The notes under the pieces are model-generated. The model searched no databases, was not told the DNA's origin, and saw only the letters and a list, made by a program, of their open reading frames with translations. Shown here in pieces: positions 61,044-64,000 of a stretch of DNA of 64,000 bases. Position numbers and translations under genes: made by a program. Every line of letters starts with the position of its first letter. Positions within the stretch are counted from its first letter, which is position 1. This DNA is from Candidatus Eiseniibacteriota bacterium (lineage in GTDB: Bacteria; Eisenbacteria; RBG-16-71-46; CAVPCR01): assembly GCA_963702435.1 (NCBI GenBank), contig CAVPCR010000004.1, positions 544,001 to 608,000 of the forward strand, read 5' to 3'.

Positions 61044-61370
61044 ATGGAATCGCTGATCAGCCTTCTCTTCCAGATCGAGTCCCTCGAATCGGCCCTCGCT
61101 GGACACCAGGCGCTCGACGCGGATCACGCCCGCGCCGAGCTGACCCTTTGCCTGGCCCAGCTGCCCAAGCCGATCCGCGACCAGTACGAGTGGCTGCGCA
61201 CGTGGACGTGCTATCCGATCGCCCGCCTCCGCAATCGCTCTTGCACCGGGTGCGGGGCCCATTACCCCGAGGACCACGCCTTCGTGGTCGCCAGCGAGAC
61301 CCGCGTCACGTACTGCGAGCACTGCCTGCGCATCCTGCTCATTCGCGATCTCGGCCTGGTGGCGGCGTGA
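61044..61370 (+). CDS. Short C4 zinc-ribbon protein (zf-RING_7/DUF164-like)
   Basis: LPKPIRDQYEWLR..PIARL..SCTGC...CEHCLRIL. Confidence 0.72.
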   Translation: MESLISLLFQIESLESALAGHQALDADHARAELTLCLAQLPKPIRDQYEWLRTWTCYPIARLRNRSCTGCGAHYPEDHAFVVASETRVTYCEHCLRILLIRDLGLVAA

Positions 61371-61538
61371 GGCCTTTCGGCCCGTCGCGCCGGGGTGTAC
61401 CATTGTTGTGAGCGCGGAGCCGGGGAATTCCGGCTCCGGTAGTCGAGTCGAGACGGCCTGCACCCGGCCCGAGGGGCGCCCCGTAGTGTGTGGCGCGCCC
61501 GATGGTGGGAGCTGGGTCGTCGGAGGAAGGTAAGCCCA

Positions 61539-61892
61539 ATGTCTCGTGCTGTTCGCCTGTGGATTCTCAGCATCGTGCTCATCATCGTGGCGGCGGGGGC
61601 CGTGCTTCCTCGCGCTATGGCCGGGAACACCAGGGCCAGGAGCGACCCGGAACGCGATGCCCTGCTCGAGGACCTGCGCAACTTCGAGCAAGGCCAGACG
61701 GGTCCCGTGCAGGACGACGTCTTCCATCGTCCTGAGCGGCCCGGCAAGGTCGTCCGCGTCCTTCCGTGGATGGGCCCCGATGGCTCCTACGCCATCGTCG
61801 CCATCACCGAGGTCGGCTGGGTCTATCGCTCCGGCCGCGACCTCTCCGACTGGGTCCTCGTCGGCCGGATCCTCGAAGGCTCGGAGTTCTAG
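61539..61892 (+). CDS. Hypothetical exported protein
   Basis: GGAGGAAGG RBS, signal peptide ending AMA, typical codon usage. Confidence 0.6.
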   Translation: MSRAVRLWILSIVLIIVAAGAVLPRAMAGNTRARSDPERDALLEDLRNFEQGQTGPVQDDVFHRPERPGKVVRVLPWMGPDGSYAIVAITEVGWVYRSGRDLSDWVLVGRILEGSEF

Positions 61893-62040
61893 ACGCGCCG
61901 GGCGGTCCGTCCGGCGTTCCTCGTGCTAGCATCCGCGCAGCGCGCGTGCGCTGCGCGGGTCTGGTTGCCCGGTCGCGCGCGAGCGCGGCCGGGTCTTCGG
62001 TTTTCATCTCCCCTCTCGACCACCCACGAGCGAGGTCCCC

Positions 62041-64000
62041 GTGTCCGCTCCGTCCCTGGCGCTCGGTCCGAACGAGATCCTATTCGGATCCGATCCCCGG
62101 CCCGGCATCCTCGCGGTCGAGCCTGCCGGCGACCGGGCGATGGAGCTCTTCGTCCTCGGCGCCCCGGCCGGCCCCGAGGCGCCGCGCCCGATCGAGCGCC
62201 TCCGCCAACCGTTCGCCCCGTTCCTGTGGATCTCCCGCCGCGAGCTTCTCGCCGGGTACCAGGGCGACGTCGAGGTCGAGGCGCTCGCGGGCGCGGGCGA
62301 GCTCCGTTATCTCGTCACCGTCCCCGGCGGGCGCGAGCTCGAGAATCTCCGCCGTCATCTGCGCACGACGAGCGGGGAGAACGCCTCGAGCCGGAGCGCG
62401 CCCTACCTCTACATCGGCGACCGCGTGCACCTCCATCTCCTCCGCACCGGGCAGACCCTCTTCAAGGGGCTCACCTTTGCCGATCTCCGCCGTCTCCAGA
62501 TCGACATCGAAACGGACTGCGCGCCGGGCTACGAGTTCTCGAATTCCGAGCGCGAAACGGACCGCATCCTCTCGATCGCGGTCACCGACTCGAACGGCTT
62601 CGAGGAGGTGATCTGGGGCGGCGAGCTCGCCGAGGAAGAGATGATCGAGCGGCTCACGGCGGTGATCCGCGAGCGCGACCCCGACGTCATAGAGGGACAC
62701 AACATCTTCAAGTTCGATCTGGAGTATCTGCGGGTGCGAGCCAAGCGCTACGGGAAGGCGCTCCACTGGGGACGGGACGGCTCGGCCGCGGTGAGCCGCC
62801 CGTCGCGGGTGCAGATCGCCGAGCGGGTGATCGACTACCCGCGCTGGGAGGTGCGCGGGCGGCACCTGGTGGACAGCTGGCTCCTCGTCCAGTTCTACGA
62901 CGTGAGCGCCCGCGAGCTCGAGAGCTACGGACTCAAGGACGTCGCCGCCCATCTCGGTCTCGCCGAGGAGGGCCGCGAGATCGTCGCCGGTCTCGATGTT
63001 CCGCGCGTTTTCCGGAGCGACCCGGAGCGGCTTCGCCGCTACAACCTCGCCGATGCGCGCGAGGTCGGGAAGGTGGCGGCGCTGCTCTCGGCGAGCTACT
63101 TCATCCAGGCCCAGATCTTCCCCTACGACTACCAGACGGTGGTCGTGCGCGGGAACGCGACCAAGATCAACGCGCTCTTCCTCCGCGAGCACCTCCGGCG
63201 GCGCCACTCGGTGCCGGCGCTCCCGGACGTGGACGCCGAGATCACGGGTGGCATGACCGCCGTCTACCGCCAGGGCGTGGTCGCCCCGGTGCTGCACGCG
63301 GACGTGCGCTCGCTCTATCCGTCGGTCATGCTGGCCTACGATCTCCGTCCCGGCCGCGACGAGCTCGACCTCTTCCGCGGACTCCTCGCCGATCTCCGTG
63401 ATTTCCGGCTCGCGGCGCGCACGGCCATGACGGGGGCGAAGACCCCGGCCGAGCGCCATCACCTCGACGCGCTCCAGTCCACCTTCAAGATCCTCATCAA
63501 TTCGTTCTACGGGTATCTGGGGAGCGGGTTCGCGAACTGGGCCGACACCGCGGCGGCGAACGACGTGACCGCGCGGGGACGGGCCATAGTCCAGCAGATG
63601 ATCGACTGGCTCGTGGCGCGCGGCGCCGAGCCGATCGAGGTGGACACCGACGGCGTCTACTTCGTGCCGCCGCCCGGCCTCGGCGCCGACGGGGCGAGCG
63701 CCGAGGCGTTCGTCGCCGAGCTCTCGCGCGAGCTCCCGGCCGGTATCCAGGTCGAGCTCGCCGGCCGCTACCGCGCGATGCTGAGCTACAAGATGAAGAA
63801 CTACGCGCTCCTCGATCACGAGGGACGGATCTCGATCACCGGTTCGGGCCTTCGCTCGCGCGGCCTCGAGCGCTTCCAGCGTGACTTTCTCCGTGACCTG
63901 CTGCAGCTCGCGCTCGAGGGGCGGACGGCGGAGATCCCGGAGCTCTACGCCCGCAGGCGCGAGCGGTTCGCGCGCCACGAGCTCGACGTGCGCGACTTCA
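62041..64000 (+). CDS. polB: Family B DNA polymerase (Pol II-like), 3'-truncated by the window edge; absent from the ORF track
   Basis: Manual translation: Exo I IDIET, Exo II GHNIFKFD, Exo III YNLAD, motif A DVRSLYPS, motif B KILINSFYGYLG, motif C EVDTDG. Confidence 0.92.
   Translation, partial: MSAPSLALGPNEILFGSDPRPGILAVEPAGDRAMELFVLGAPAGPEAPRPIERLRQPFAPFLWISRRELLAGYQGDVEVEALAGAGELRYLVTVPGGRELENLRRHLRTTSGENASSRSAPYLYIGDRVHLHLLRTGQTLFKGLTFADLRRLQIDIETDCAPGYEFSNSERETDRILSIAVTDSNGFEEVIWGGELAEEEMIERLTAVIRERDPDVIEGHNIFKFDLEYLRVRAKRYGKALHWGRDGSAAVSRPSRVQIAERVIDYPRWEVRGRHLVDSWLLVQFYDVSARELESYGLKDVAAHLGLAEEGREIVAGLDVPRVFRSDPERLRRYNLADAREVGKVAALLSASYFIQAQIFPYDYQTVVVRGNATKINALFLREHLRRRHSVPALPDVDAEITGGMTAVYRQGVVAPVLHADVRSLYPSVMLAYDLRPGRDELDLFRGLLADLRDFRLAARTAMTGAKTPAERHHLDALQSTFKILINSFYGYLGSGFANWADTAAANDVTARGRAIVQQMIDWLVARGAEPIEVDTDGVYFVPPPGLGADGASAEAFVAELSRELPAGIQVELAGRYRAMLSYKMKNYALLDHEGRISITGSGLRSRGLERFQRDFLRDLLQLALEGRTAEIPELYARRRERFARHELDVRDF

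Noticed and set aside
62080..63978. 632-aa minus-strand ORF
   Set aside because: Shadow of the plus-strand PolB.
1..64000. tRNA, rRNA, IS, integrase or prophage genes
   Set aside because: None recognised by eye; tRNAscan and ISEScan were not run.

Overview
High-GC bacterial chromosomal window with no rRNA, tRNA, CRISPR array, IS or prophage that I can recognise. A secreted protein with a C-terminal FlgD-Ig-like domain hints at an FCB-group candidate phylum such as Eisenbacteria or Krumholzibacteriota (inference only). In order: the 3' part of a 2-oxoacid dehydrogenase E2 gene; a receiver-less sigma54 activator and a beta-barrel gene; a sigma54-promoted group 1d (O2-tolerant type) [NiFe]-hydrogenase operon led by a Cys-less HypC-like gene; hyaD-hypABFCDE, where hypF, hypD and hypE carry about 9 insertion frameshifts that are probably assembly errors; a decayed DUF2723-like remnant; a DnaJ/CbpA-like gene; an orphan cheA-cheW-MCP cassette; assorted enzymes and envelope proteins; a standalone MshEN-like repeat protein; Mrp/ApbC; two tandem-repeat arrays; System II cytochrome c biogenesis genes running straight into a complex I cluster of only nuoB-C-D-F-G-I; radical SAM, CCG-domain oxidoreductase and TrxB genes; a Cys-rich peptide plus ribbon-helix-helix pair; a sigma54-promoted short C4 zinc-ribbon gene; and the 5' part of a family B DNA polymerase that the ORF track missed. 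The best novelty candidates are the membrane-arm-less Nuo module coupled to the ccs genes and the atypical regulatory/accessory module in front of the hydrogenase. All calls come from reading motifs by eye; no searches were run.
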